DNA of 61,106 nucleotides, counting the filler, from Sphacelaria rigidula (lineage: Eukaryota): NCBI GenBank assembly GCA_964200075.2. It is 8 parts of 8 records of this genome, joined end to end, with 100 filler letters (N's around TTAATTAATTAA, not from the genome) between each part and the next. Parts side by side here need not be neighbours in the genome. Positions count along the whole stretch, not along the records: positions 1 to 7,551 come from CAXNAA020014367.1; positions 7,652 to 15,202 come from CAXNAA020014368.1; 6 more parts are not named here. The stretch is one strand, 5' to 3'. Below the pieces are notes generated by a model that was not told the DNA's origin, ran no database searches, and saw only the letters and a program-made list of their open reading frames with translations. A program made the position numbers and the translations under genes. Below are positions 1-13,052 of the stretch, one piece after another. Position 1 is the stretch's first letter. Every line of letters starts with the position of its first letter.

Positions 1-329
1 GGGGGGGCCGGCCCCTACAAACGCGGGAGGGGGCACGCGGGTTTCTCGCGGTCCGGGGGGGGGGGGGGAGGGGGGGAGGGTTTACTCCGCCATCTACAAT
101 AATGATAAAGCCTTTGCGCTGGACTTAACTGAACGGTTTACCATTTATTCGAGTCGCATGGTCGACGTTGTAACTGCCTATTTCACGTGTAATATGATAG
201 TAGCATGCGATGCCATGTGAAAACTACGTCACATGATGGAACAGACGTTTTCACATGTTATCATCAATCAGCTGTATCAGCTGTCGAATGTCACATGACC
301 CAATGATACACAATGGTACACCGCACAGC

Positions 330-900
330 CAAGGGCTGGCTACGAACAACACGCTCTCGATTGCAACGCGCGCTTTCCCTCGCGACAGAACTGCTACTGC
401 AGGCACGATCATAATATGGTCGATGCGAGATTATCGTTTATTTTCCTGACACACCCGTCGGTGGAAAAGCCCCGAAACGAGAACAAACCATTTCCCACAT
501 ATTTCCCCGACAACGTTGATGACTCGTGTGTGCAATATGGTTGGCGCCGAAAGCGAGCAGGATCGAGGATTTTTCCCCTGAATACCACGTCAAGTTTGGT
601 CCCTGTTATGTTCGTAATCGTCGAATTAACCAGTGAAGAGTTGATCCTGGGAGTGCTATGGCTGCATTTGCTGGGGGTTTGTAGATAACCGCGCGCGCTG
701 ACTACATGGGGTTCGAAGGTAGTCCACCACCCGCCCTGAAAAGATAAGGAGGGTCGCCTAGAAATGATATTTACGAACAAGACAGCGCCGGATTTACCTC
801 TGCTTATCTGTCCCAACTAGGACACGGTGTAGATTCGTAGAGAAGCCCCCCCGTTGCGCACGGCCCGTGTGAGTCGAGTATACGCTCTTTCCCATTTTTC
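330..900 (-). pseudogene. Possible degenerate PIF/Harbinger-like DDE transposase fragment
   Basis: Minus-strand frames, broken by frameshifts, give FLGDPPYLFR...LRTP and TRVINVVGEICGKWFVL...IDHIMIV. These resemble the LGDxAY..L.TP and RV.VE..G.LK.KW.IL motifs of DDE_Tnp_4. Judged by eye only. Confidence 0.3.
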
Positions 901-1944
901 CAGGGCACCGGTGCGACACATTTTCCCTAGGAATATGTTGAACAACTGAATACACGCTTGTTTTTGTGTCAATTTTGCACGAGCTGAGACAGCATCGTCT
1001 GTTCTCGGACACATGCGTCACCTCAAAACGACCAAGGGGGTGGGCAAGAAGTAAAATTACCGATTCTACTTGTTGACCATTCGGAGCGCTGCGGCCTATG
1101 TTGGAGTATGAAGCGACAGCCCCTCACTCCGACGTTTGTTTGAGAGGGCGAGCTCCCCGGTTTCGCGTCTCTGAGCTTTGCGGGATTTCCATGGTTTTGT
1201 CGTGTTCTCGGTACCAAGACCGTATGGCTCGGTGAACGGACCTTGAATGCCCTTCGGCATGCTTGAGTTGACCGGCGGAACGGCCAGCCCTATCTTCACC
1301 GCCATGGCGTATCGGCGGCCTAATGATACTGCGGCGCCCCGTTTACGAAATGGGAGGAGGGTACGCGGGAGAGTCCATCATGGTTGTGGTGGGTAGTGGG
1401 CGATCAAAAGTCGAAAAAACAATTCTGAAAAAAACGGACGAACCTGAAAACAAATATCGAAACTCCCCCAAAATATGGGAACCTTCGTCCAAAACATTTT
1501 CAGTAAGTACGACGTGAGCACCTCCGTTGGTGAGGTACGATCTGCACCCGATAACGGACTTTACATCCTCCATTGACGTGCTTGAAGAATTCCGAGCATG
1601 AACAGTATTTGCGGCGTGTTCTATTATACCAACTACGCGATTTCGTACAAAAGAGTACCTTTGAGGGGCAAAAACACGAAGACATGCGTCTCCAAACTAG
1701 CTCCTTTCGAAACCGTGCCAGTCTCATTATTTCCTTCATACAAGAGATGAACATGGACGAAGCATGATTTGATTCGTTTTACGTGCGTACAACAGTATAC
1801 CGGCAGAGGCAAAACCATCAATACGGCACCCTACAGGTCTCAAACTGGCGGTTCACAATCTAGAATACAAATTGACTCTCAGTTTTGAAAGAGGGGACCT
1901 GAGGAAATGTATGTAAACCATGGTTGTTACTATGGAGATGCCGC

Positions 1945-2145
1945 CAACCCTAACGCTACCCCTAACCCAAACCCCGACCTAGACATACCGAAAACCCTCG
2001 GGCAAGGGGGTGCAAAGTGTTCCTTGGGCAAAGTGTGCGTTGCCAAAGCCCAAATCGACCCCTTTCAGCCGATTTTGGACCAAAACACGTTCTGGACGAG
2101 CTGGGTCTACTGCTCACCACTGCTCACCTGCCCTAGATCATAAAT
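1945..2145 (+). repeat. Dispersed repeat. Related copies at about 11575-11640 (+), 42395-42575 (-) and 59990-60055 (-)
   Basis: Shared blocks cataccga(a/g)aaccctcgggcaagg and aaaacacgt.ctggacgagctgggtc.actgctcacctgccct recur on different contigs. Confidence 0.75.
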
Positions 2146-3156
2146 TCCATCAGAAATCAAGTAAAATCGAGTACCAACGATTATTCACGTACATTTCGTA
2201 AGGTCTACTGTTTTCAAAGGGTTTTCATCTCCGTGGAGGCTTTCAACTCCGAATATTCTGCGTGTACATACGTACGTACGCTGTACAATGCACAAGCGTT
2301 GGCCATCGACAAAATTCCTAGCAATGGTATTTTACTCCCTCCTGTTCTTCCGCCTCGACGGGCTACAGTGAGTCATCGAGTTTTTGCGTGCACGACTCGC
2401 TCAGCGTTTTGACTGCATGATTCTTACTTGTTGGCAAGCGTTGGGCCATATTTGCTTGTCCTGGATAGGTTGTCTTGTCCAGAGCGCTAAAACTCGGTAG
2501 CCGAACGTTCGCACCCAAGAGTCAGACTTGTTCGGAGATCGGAATATACTTATGCCGTACTCTACGACGAGTGTATCTTGTGGGAAAGGCTCGAAAGAGG
2601 TCCATAATTTTCGATCTCGCAAAATCGGAAAAGCGGATACATAACATGGCATTTCACCTCCTTGGAATCCGACACAAACAGGTACGAGTACAATTCCCGC
2701 CAGGTTTAGGTACAGTGCGACATCAGCATAGGCTTCAAGGAAAAGATTAAAGACAAAGGGATACGCGTGGCCTTTCCCGCCACGACCAAGTATGCGGCGG
2801 TATCGGCCAATCACATGGCCGTAAATTAAGGTGTTCCGTATTCAGCACAGCCTGTACCTGTTTGTAACGCCCAAACGTTCAGGTATACCTGGATCTGTTA
2901 TGCCCTTGAACTAATATTATCAACCTCCGGCACTTTGGAGTGATCAAGAGCGGTTGCGCTGCTTGCCCGACAGCAGCACAGCACAGGAGAGGTCAATACA
3001 ACATACATAGAGTACTGTATTGGGCAAAAGAACAGTAGTAGTAGAGGTGCAGATATAGATATGCTGTGGTGCCAGGTTGCATGGCAGGATGCGTACTAGT
3101 ACATGGTGCCTCACTATTTGTATGTGAACCAGCAGCTGGGTGGACAAATATCTCAC

Positions 3157-3264
3157 CGCATTCTTGGATTCACTCCTTGGCTCGTCCATGGTCTCCTCGG
3201 ACACCTCAGGGAGCTGCCGACGCTTGGTGGTAAAATAAGAGGATAGCTTGCCATGGATGGACAT
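3157..3264 (-). CDS. Candidate first coding exon of a gene divergent from SRR1 (MSIHGKLSSYFTTKRRQLPEVSEETMDEPRSESKNA)
   Basis: ATG at 3264, 36 open codons, ending at a strong GTGAGA donor. Downstream exons could not be assigned. Confidence 0.3.
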
Positions 3265-3535
3265 AGCACGATCTATTGCCGACGTGTACAACAGAAGCGA
3301 AGATGTTGCTCGGGCTATTTCGGAGTGTGCACCTACATGGCAACGTCCTGGCAGTTCAGGCCTGTGCGTTGAAAACAGAGTAATTCCACAGTCCCGTCCC
3401 ACATTCCCGCCTCCAGTTCCGCTTCACAGTCCCGTCCCACAGTCCCGCTCAATATCCCAAAAGGACACGAATTGGGGACCGTGCTCTTTCTTCATCCTCT
3501 CACAGCTGGACGATCACTTCTATACACCTGCATTT

Positions 3536-4808
3536 ATGGGCGCTGATGCAGGGGAATGGCAAGTGGCTGGACAAAACCGTCGGCGCCATGCTCGCCGCGG
3601 CCGCTCTAGTGCCCAGCAGAGACCCAAACCTTACACGGGAAGGCCGGAGGTATCACGCAGCAGCAACAGAGACGAAACAAGTCATGGCTACTCGTACAAG
3701 CAAAGCAACTGCAGGGTAAATGATGGGCATGATCATCAGGAAGTAGAGGCGTCGAGAGAGCGAGTATGGGAAGAGGTGCAGAAATTAAAGCATTTGATGG
3801 TGTTGCTGAAGCGCAGCCTTCTGTGGGAGACTTTGGTTCGCCATCTTGAAACCGTTCTGTCAACACTAAACTTGCGATTTCCGCCACCGCTGCCCCCACG
3901 AACCTACCCGCGGCATCAGCGTCCCTGTGACACCAGCACAACCTGTCCAACCACCTCACGCCGCCCAGACAGCGACTACTGCGTAGAAACCGCTGACACA
4001 AACGTTTCTTCGTCATCCTTTCATCAAAGTATGGTGGACCGAGGCAACGAGCGAAGTGCTGCATCAGAAGTCGGCACAGTGGACGGGACTGAAGCTGGTG
4101 GAAATCGCGTGCTGGGTCGGAACGGTCACGACCAGCTTCTGCGCGAGCTCGTGTGCTATGGTATCGGAAACTTCACTAATAGCCACAACTCAAGATATCA
4201 ACTAGCGCTGGCCTTGTGTTTGCGAGATCTCTTGTTTCCGGCTGATGCATCAACAATATACACTGCTGCCGCTGCCCATGGCGAACATGCCACCGCAGCG
4301 ACCAAGTACGAGAGTGTCGGTTGCAAGGCAGCGGACACATGTGCGGAAGAGCCTGCAAGAGAGGAAGTCAAAAGTGGGGCACCGAAGATGCAATCGCGAA
4401 CCACCACTACAGACGAGGCCAGTTCGTCGTCAACGACAGAAAATATGACGGGGATAAGCTGGGATGCGAGCGCCACAGAGGAAACAACTGGAGCGTCCAT
4501 TAGCCACGAAGATCGTGGTGATGGTCATGATCATTTTTCGATGCTAGTCTTCGACCCCGTCATCGGTAAACTCGAAATAACTGTTCTAGAGAAACTTGGG
4601 TGTGGTGTGATTAAGGAGAACGAGCAAGGAAAGAGATGCTGCTATATTCCACCAAAAGAGGCGGGACAGTCAGAGGATGCGACCCTAGGGCCGTGGGATG
4701 TTGGGGAAGCGGACGAGCAGGCTCTGTGGCGGCCTACGCTGTTCTTCATGCCGCATTGTCCAATGCGGCTGTACAGCAACTTGCTCTGGGCAAATTGGTC
4801 ATCTCAAG
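3536..4808 (+). CDS. SRR1: SRR1-domain protein (sensitivity to red light reduced 1 / Ber1-like), large exon, 3' partial
   Basis: Lies within the 533-aa ORF. Contains SRR1 family motifs ELVCYGIGNF..S..SRYQLALAL, VFDPV.....LEKLG..VI.ENEQGKR and PTLFFMPHCP..LYSNLLWANWS. ATG at 3536 (MGADAGEWQVAG). Donor AAG|GTATGT at 4808/4809. Confidence 0.88.
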
Positions 4809-6754
4809 GTATGTACGGGATCGCAACTTTAGCGACCATACGTGGGTGAAGATAAAACGCATTACCACAATGCCATTGCAGCCCGTGTGCCGCCAGATTT
4901 CATGGGCGAGATTCAAACTCAGCTGCAGTTGTTGTACCTATCCATGGTGCTGAAAGAGCGTCTAAATAAAGCTGAACATTCGCTCAAGTTTTTTATGGAA
5001 GAGTATCATCATATGTCCGTCCATAGTAGCGTGTTTCTCATTGTCGGCAGCTCGATGCTACGGCCATATTTCTATCGACACAGTGCCTCCATGCCTCTGG
5101 CTCTGGGCATTCTTGTCCTGGGTCTCGTTTCCTCATGCACCTTACGCACGGGTCGAAAGACAAACGTCTGCACCACACGCAAAAACTCCATATATCACTT
5201 AGACAGTTGATGAGTGTGTATCGAGTGCGGAAGGCGCGTCGTGACGAGAGTGAGACCTAGATCATGGCCAAGTAGATCACGACATATTCCCTGGTGGTGC
5301 CCACCCAGTTTCTGGTGCCCACCTAGTTGCTCTCGTCGCAAGATCGTTTCTCGCAACATTCATAGACCAAGTCATTCGACGGTGTAACCCTTATGCAGTC
5401 CCTTATATGTAGGCTGTCGTTTGCGGACTGACAATTTCCCATCCAAGTCTGGTTGATGCGGTACTAGTTTTTATCCAACATATTCGCTAAAATGCGGCAT
5501 GTCAGTCTTGTAAACCAGTGAAAGGTTTTGAAATATCACGCATGGTTGATCACCCCACTGTCTCTCGTACTCAGACAAAGGTACGAACGCCAGTTCAAGA
5601 GACTGCACGACGCGAAATAATCAGCACGGCACCATCAATCTGTAGTGTCCTCCAAGCGTACAGTAACCATCATCAGCGCCCAGAGCGCATTACACACACA
5701 GTATCGATGAACATAAAGTACAGCACAGGTGGCGCGGTACTGTACTACTGGTGATGCTCTACTGCCTTGTGACACACTCTTATACGCCGCAGCCATGATC
5801 TGGGACGTCTGCATTCTTACGTCGACACACCCATCCATTTTTAGATTTACTCGCTTTCTCACTTTTTCCATGCCGTCGAAGACTCCTGCATCTCTGCGCG
5901 GAAGATGCAATAGACGATATAGCCAACAGCATATGCGTGCCTTTGGAGTATAGTCGCCCTAGCAATATTACCAACTTCAGCTAGCGGGGATTGATGTCCA
6001 GAACTCCGCATGACTCGCAGCACGAGCAGCATTCTTTGTTTGTGATGGACGCAATGAACATGCCTGGTCCAGACCGAACGTGGGTGTGGACATGGCTAAT
6101 GGTGCTGCGAGTGGAGAAAGAACATAACACAGCCCATCTCGGCTCACTCACATGTCACAGAAGCGGCAACGTGTACAGGAGAGCGTACTTGGGGCGTACC
6201 CATAGTTCGGAGAGCGGGGTGCTTGCTAGTACAGTGCAGTCGGTGCATATCTTTTGCAATTTTCGTGCCCCTCCACGCTTCTCTTTGTTGTATTACATGA
6301 AGACGATTGGACATACGTCACTCGGAGTCCGCTATAGTTGGACGAAACTGACCCGACCACACAGGGGTGACATGTTTCGAATGCGCCTGGCGTGTGCTTG
6401 TAGATTTTCCTTTCCCTTCATCATGTATGGTTCCGCTCGGTCTTTTCTGTGTCCATCACTTCTTTCAAGTCTTGAAACAAATGAGGCATCTAACCTGGGG
6501 GCGGGAAGCGAGGGTCTCAAAAGGGTCAACAGTCGTCCGCATTCCAACCTGATGAGAAAATAAATACGCTGAGGGTTTCAAAGTCAATCATTTTTTACAA
6601 CCATGTAGACATTAAGGGTCCTGGTGCCTCCAATCAACTCTACAGCAGCGATGCAATTGTTCGTAATGGTCCATCTTTGTTCTGAGAAGACTGCGCCCGC
6701 CCCCAATATTATTTCCTGCCACGCTCTACAATATTTACTGTAGAACATTTCCTC

Positions 6755-7500
6755 CCTACGAGCTGGACCAGCCTAGAAGCGGATTTGTAGTTTGCAGGCG
6801 AATTCGCAATTTTTGCGTCAAGTTGGACACTGAAAGTTGGTATGGACAATCAACAGGGCATAAAAAAATAATCATGCTGCGTCCCAAAGATGTTTTTTTT
6901 TGTGATTTAACGGTATTTTACGAAAACCTGAAGACTGAACATTGCCCTAAACTCTTGAAAAATAATCTCTTTGGCACTCAGCATAATTATTCATTTATTC
7001 CCTGTTGACTGTCCATAGAAAATTTCAGGGTCCAACTCAAAGTAAAAAAATGCGAATTCGCCTTTTGAAACCCGGGCCGGTGGAAATTCGGATCAGTATT
7101 TTGCAGACCGTTTACCGGCCCACGTTTGGTGTTCGTGTATTGGAACTTTGTGCGGGACCTCGCTAGGCCCTTATGAACCACGAAAAATGGATAAGGTTAG
7201 TTTTGATTGATTTCTTTCGCTGGTTTGGGACATTTTAGTATGGTGACGACCATTTTTTCCCAAGAACGCCCGAACCCCTCCCCTCCCCCCCCCAGAAAGT
7301 TGAAGGCCCCCTTTTTTTTCCCAGCATACCTCTGTGGTTCTTTATGCTAAGTTTCAAATCACAATTTTATGAAGTGAGCAGAAAAAAATAGAAACGTCTA
7401 AGAGCAATGTTCATTTCTCCTTAAAACTCTCCTAAAAACACGAAAGAAATGGGGAAAAAAATCGAAAAAAAAAAGTAAGAAGCTGTTTTTTTTTTTTTTT
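6755..7500 (+). repeat. Dispersed repeat, probably a non-autonomous DNA element. Opposite-orientation relative at about 30840-31575
   Basis: gagctggaccagcc...gtttgcaggcg...gttggacactgaaagttggtatggac matches the reverse complement of 31480-31570. 7020-7200 matches the reverse complement of about 31130-31320. Both copies have internal inverted repeats. Confidence 0.7.
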
Positions 7501-7551
7501 TTTATTCACTAGAGGTTTTCCATATTAAATTTCTTTTTTTTTTTTATAAAA

Positions 7552-7651
7552 NNNNNNNNNNNNNNNNNNNNNNNNNNNNNNNNNNNNNNNNNNNNTTAAT
7601 TAATTAANNNNNNNNNNNNNNNNNNNNNNNNNNNNNNNNNNNNNNNNNNNN
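7552..7651. other. Artificial contig linker (N-run, TTAATTAATTAA, N-run). Identical linkers at 15203-15302, 22854-22953, 30505-30604, 38156-38255, 45807-45906 and 53457-53556
   Basis: Seven identical 100-nt spacers whose core has stops in all six frames. The intervening segments are 7551 bp (x6) then 7550 bp (x2), as expected for size-sorted concatenated contigs. Confidence 0.97.
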
Positions 7652-9114
7652 TCTCTCTCTCTATCATAGTGGTTTGTTTCCCGAAGTAAGTGTTTTCCGT
7701 TTTATTGACCTTGGGCGACGCTCGTCTACCTTGGGACTGACCCGCTGACCCACTGACTCACCACGACTGGAGTCGCAGTTAATGACATGATGTGCGACAC
7801 CCAAATCAAGTCGAGTAGTCATTCGTAGCGGTAGTACCTTTTGCACCTCGTGCTTCGCAGCAAAGCCGTCGTAGCACAGCTTCGTGAAGCGCGTGATCAC
7901 ACTTTTTTTGCTCACAAACATCAATACCCGCGGTGAAAAGGCGAGCCGATCTTGCGCGTGGAGCCAGTGCACCCCCTCCGTGCATTTTACCCTGTACAGT
8001 GCTCCGTAGGCATGCGTAGAGCATCGTCACAAACGATTGAGGCCCGGGCGCTGATCGCCCTTGAATCAAAGCACTAGGGCTTCAGTACTACACACCATAG
8101 GTGATGCGGTATAACATCCCCTCCCCCGGATGATAAAAACTTCAAACTCGGGTTTTTCCGCAGGGGCCGACCATTTTCAGGTTCATTTTCGCCCTTTATT
8201 TTATTTACTTCACTATTTTACCCCGCTTTTTTTTGGTTCTCGTCCGTTCCTTCGCTTTCCCTCCCCGCTTGGTTCCGTCGTTCTCTTTGTCCTGGTCTTT
8301 GTTTGTTCTGCTTTTGTTTCTCAGTTTACCCTGATTGTTTTTTCCCCTCATATTTTTGTTTTTCCCGCCCGTCCTGTTCATCGTCTTCAGCGGGTGTTTT
8401 CCTTTTATTATTTGCCTAAGGGTACTTCTATCGTGTGGATAATGACCAGGCCTGGATCGTGACCACCTTGGGGATCAGTTCATGTGCGAGACTTAATCAA
8501 AATTAATCAATGGGCAAGGCACCATACGGCTAAAAGCCCCAGGAACATCGGTTGGTGGCCACGTCGGCACACCTGAACATGCAGCCTAACATGCTTATCG
8601 TTGGGGGTGGTTTCCTACGTCACGTGAAACATTTGGCGTTTGAGCCAACGGTTTTCCATCGAATAGCAAGTACGATAGAATGCACATATCGGATCGTCTC
8701 ATCTTGTAAGGGGAACACGCTTTGTTCAGGACGATCCGGTGAGGATGGGGAGACACATTTGTTTTTCGTTTCTTCGTTTTCTCTCTCGTTTTCTCTCTTT
8801 TTCTTTTTTAGTTTTGTACGTTTGTTGGTTGTCTCTCCTTTCATTCTCCCCCATTTCTCGATTTTCCTTGAGCGAGTGCTTCCGTTGTTTGCCTTGGGTA
8901 TATTCGTGCATCTAGTGACCGTGACTGTATTATGATTCCTACACGGGGTAGCTCATGTCCGACGACCAATTAAATCATGTGACTTAATCAATGCCGAACA
9001 ACGGTACGATTGGAAGAAGACGCATGGGGGTATATCCATGAACGGCCTGTTTGCTCCTACTCTCTTTTTCATTGCCTCGTTTGGATATGTGTTTATGTGT
9101 GTGCACATGTGCAG

Positions 9115-9313
9115 AAAGGAGGCCCTAGCGTACTTCCGACGCATCCGCGAGCTCGGGTCTTACCCGCCTAGATTCCTGTGCAGCTTGCTGGTGCAGTTGT
9201 TGGTATGCGAAGACATGCCGGACGAAGCAGAGGCAGTGTTTAAGGAGATCGTCGAAAGAGGGATAGAACCCACGGAGGCGTGTGCGACAGAGATAATTCG
9301 GCTGAGGGTACAG
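9115..9313 (+). CDS. Pentatricopeptide-repeat (PPR) protein, internal exon A
   Basis: GCAG| acceptor and CAG|GTAAAA donor. Encodes KEALAYFRRIRELGSYPPRFLCSLLVQLLVCEDMPDEAEAVFKEIVERGIEPTEACATEIIRLRVQ, with the 35-aa PPR pattern EA..VF.E....GI.P. Confidence 0.85.
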
Positions 9314-9328
9314 GTAAAAAAGTGATAA

Positions 9329-9378
<50 letters not shown>

Positions 9379-9445
9379 TTATTATTTTATTTTATTATTT
9401 TATTTTATTTTTTATTTTATTTTTTATTATTTTTATTATTTTTTA
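9329..9445. repeat. (TAT)n / AT-rich microsatellite in the PPR intron
   Basis: Directly visible. Confidence 0.95.
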
Positions 9446-9755
9446 TTGCTATGTTCGTCACATTAGCCCGATATCTCGAACCCGTGGTCACAAAGTGTAA
9501 GGACCATACCACCCATACCCATGAATCACACAGCCCGCAGAGGAAGGCAAGAAAGCAGCTACACGAAAAAAGGGTACCTACATTACGATAGATCCGTATA
9601 AAACCGATTGAACTACAGGAGACCTGCTGGTCATGTTTCAATCCCGAGCGGATGATGGTGATGATGATGGCGATGATTGCAAGTCAGGGATGATTTTTCC
9701 TGCACCGCACACGAGTGATTTCGCAAAGAAGACACTGGGGAAGCAGGTTATACAA

Positions 9756-10020
9756 GACACTTTCTGCAATAGCCCCTCCCACCCCCCCAAAACCAGCCCG
9801 AAAGTGCCACGAAAAGAATGATCATACAGCGCCTGATCTTTGGGCTCAGGTTGCGTGAAGCGCCTCATATTGGCGACATTGGCGAGAACAAACCCAAGCG
9901 TGGGAATTCCAAGCTGCTCGTTGTGCTCGGCGTTTCCCGTTTCGATACCCGTCAAGATTTTGCCTTCTCAAACCAGTCACTTTTTTTATGGGAGGGGGAG
10001 GGGCTATCGTAGAAAGTGTC
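9756..10020. mobile_element. MITE of about 260 bp. Second copy at 21561-21810
   Basis: Imperfect TIRs gacactttc...tagcccc / ggggctatc.tagaaagtgtc. The internal sequence is conserved between the two contigs. Confidence 0.8.
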
Positions 10021-11514
10021 ACGAAAGAAAAGAAAGAAAACACAATAATGCTGCGTCAGTATTCAATATCATGACGATCATGAGGGGAGCGACTCGTGTG
10101 TTGGATATTTCCGGAAGTAATCGCCGTCAACGGAAGCTCGAGCGAGGGGAAGAGTTCTGAATAGATTGTATGATTTTGCCGTTATTGCCCTCTAGTCGCG
10201 GTTTCGCGTCTACTTCTTAGGGGGGGAGTGGGGGCTTGTACCCACAACCCTGCATGCCGTAGTCATGAGACCATTGACCTCGCATCTATGCAAAACCGGG
10301 ATGGAGCACGTCGAGTTTTCGCCGGACCGGGCTCGCTGTCACCAAGTGCGAAGCGCCGCGATGTGTTCGGCGAGTCGCATGAAGGGGTGGGGGGTTAGCG
10401 TCAAGCGACGCTTACTACTGTAGCGTGTGTACATATTGCGCCGCATATCATAGTAGGCGCCAAGAGAGAATCCGCGGCAGACGCAAGTTCGGATCGAAAA
10501 CGAGCGAACTTCAATGAAGGGGGCGGCGGCAGAAGTCCGCCCTCGATTTGCTCCCTGGATTTTGGGTTGTTTTCAGGCGCTGATGCCATGATATATTTTT
10601 GTTTCGGGGATGACATAAGATACTGTACTGCTTGTTGGAGCCACGTTTTTTTCCATTTGTTTTTCGCCATTTACTCTAACCCCACCCCCTCCTCGGGATG
10701 ATGAGTCTGTAGTCTCGAGGGAGATCGATCCCATATCATGTACCCCGGTGTTGCACATTCCTGACATTTCGGTATCATAGATTGGATGAGCTCTCCCGCA
10801 CGGGATGGACTTCGGTCATTTTCCTATTTGCTAGTCACGGTCATTCTCCTCGCGTTTTCACCGGCGGGTCTTTCAGACGTTATGCAGGAGAAAAATCGCA
10901 CATGGCGAGATTCGAATCCTTGAGCTTCTGCGCCGACCGCTTCAATTTTTGAACATTTTTTAGATTGAGTCCGCCGGGGCGTGGCGACCGTTTACTATTA
11001 ATACGCTCATTTTGCAGCACTGAAAGTGGGCTCTGCAGACCCGGGATATTGGTAGGATTTGAAGCTTGATGCCGCCATGATCCCCCGCTCTGATGAAGTC
11101 GGCTCAAGTCTATGAAGCAATCACACGTCGGGTAACTCATATCCACCCAATTATCTACGAGCCTACGTCTGTGACCACGGGTTCGAGAAATCGGACTAAT
11201 GTGCGGAAATGATAATAATGATAATAATAGTGATAAAATCTGGTATTACTTGTCCAGGGCAAGTAGGTTCCGCTGAGTTGTACTATGTATCTCATTTATC
11301 GGATACAGTACAATCCTGCTAGTGGGAATCGATACCACTGAGTTACACAGTATAACTCATGCAGTGGCATTAGGTGCCGCTGAGTTATATCAGCTATCTG
11401 ATTCAGTGGAAATTGGTATCCCTGGGTCCGTACGATTGACCCAATGAAAATAGGTACCGCTGAGTTATACCGTGCAATTCGAGCAGTGGAAATTGATACC
11501 GCTGAAAGGAGGCT

Positions 11515-11956
11515 AGTTTACCGGCGTTGGGCTACAAATGTTAATGGTTGGCACAATTTTGTAAGTATCGCTACCCGTAACCCTAACCCCAACCCAACGC
11601 ATACCGAGAACCCTCGGGCAAGGTCGGTACATAGCATTCCCTAGACGAAGTGCGGCCTTGGTTGATTGATGATTGATTGATTGTCGCACTTTAAGTGACC
11701 CCCCAGGGGTCCAGCCGTGGTCCCATGATAGACGTACCCAAGATAAACCAAACTGAAACACGCTCTAAGGGAAGAAAAAAAGGCCTTGGGAGACCTCAAA
11801 GCGGCGCCTGTGGCGCCGGTTTCAACGAAAACGTGTTGTGCGCACGCGAGGAGCACACGGGACTGTCAGCCCTACTAAACATCCGATTCTCGTTGTAGGC
11901 ACTCACATCAAGTAATGTGTCAACCATGGACATTTGTAGCCCAACGCCGGTAAACT
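11515..11956. mobile_element. MITE with perfect 27-bp TIRs, carrying a nested retroposon 3' tail at about 11661-11780
   Basis: agtttaccggcgttgggctacaaatgt (11515-11541) is the exact reverse complement of 11930-11956. It sits inside a gctgagttatac-repeat element at about 11240-12070. Confidence 0.85.
11661..11780 (-). mobile_element. Non-LTR retroposon 3' end with (CAAT)n tail. Homologous copy at about 52642-52860 (+), weaker relatives near 8410-8510
   Basis: Shared ttccttagagcgtgttt...gtacgtctatcatg.gaccacggctggacccctg.ggggtca.ttaaagtgcgac followed by (aatc)n. Confidence 0.7.
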
Positions 11957-12787
11957 CTACGGACTGAAATACACCGTATACTCTCTGTAGCCAGCGGAAA
12001 TAGATAGCACTGAGTCATACCGTATAACTCAGCGCTGCGCTGAGTTATACCAAAATAGGTTCACTCGAGTTAACCCATAGACAGCGAGAGTAGGTCATCT
12101 GTTAAATCGGCATCAATTTCACGTGACACAAGTATGTATGATCCATCGATTGCCCTCGAGGTATAACGGTCAAGGTGAGTCGAGTTGTCCTACGTGTGGA
12201 ATTTTTCATCCAGAGATTATGAAGAACAACCAAAGACTCCAGGTGTAACCCATGTTGTGGTGTTTTGGGCAGCACACTGTGTGGATGGTGCGTTCTTCAG
12301 TCCGTCCATGTTCTACTTCCACAGTGAGCACACATCTCACGTCTAGCTAGGCATGGTGATTGATTTTCTGACGTGTGGTATGTGGATCGCCGTGAGGAGG
12401 TCTGTTCTGATGTTGAAATTGTCAGCATCAGAGCTGTCGTTTGCAATGGCCAAGGGGTATACAAGCTGTGGCTTGTGTCTTTTGGCTCGCGGCTTGTGGC
12501 TTGTAGCTTGTAGTTTGTAGTTTGAGTTGAAAAACACATCGTGCTTACATAACTGCAACAGGAGAACTGACAGTATTCACTCGACACACGTGGCAGGGTT
12601 CAGACACAGAACACATATCAAGGTTTAACTGTAGTATAGAGTCATGTAAGGGTTGCATTGTTGCGCCCGGATGTTTCTCATTGAGGGGTTCCTAAAGCTA
12701 GCAGCCACGCTAGAAAATGGTAAAAGGCGTTGCCGTTGCGAAGTTCATTCGAGATATCTCTAGCCTATTGGTCTCACATATTTCAGG

Positions 12788-13052
12788 ACACAGGAGCTTT
12801 TTTCTGGTTTTGTTGTTGTTTTTAGTACCCCACCTTCCTTCTGCGGTGCTTGCCTTTATTTTTTATCGCGAGAGGGGTACAGCAGTCCCTTTCCCTCGTC
12901 GACCGTTAAGTCGAATTTTGTGTACCCACGACATAGTCGCTCTCCACTGGTAGGCATGGTCTGAGAAAAACCCCCACATCGCTCCGAGAATTGAACCCAC
13001 GACCCGACCCTCAGAAGGTCTCGAGGTTACCAACTGAGCCACCGGGGCGACC
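12788..13052 (-). mobile_element. tRNA-derived SINE, 3'-truncated copy
   Basis: Reverse complement begins GGTCGCCCCGGTGGCTCAGTTGG (A box) and has a GGTTCAATTC B box. The body matches 20823-21179. Confidence 0.85.

Noticed and set aside
1945..1975. Telomere-like CCCTAA units
   Set aside because: There are only two or three degenerate units and they belong to a dispersed repeat also present at about 11580.
3248..3535. N-terminal 96 aa of the 533-aa ORF
   Set aside because: It starts at TTG and contains a polypyrimidine-CAG acceptor at 3505, so it is more likely promoter, UTR or intron than SRR1 coding sequence.
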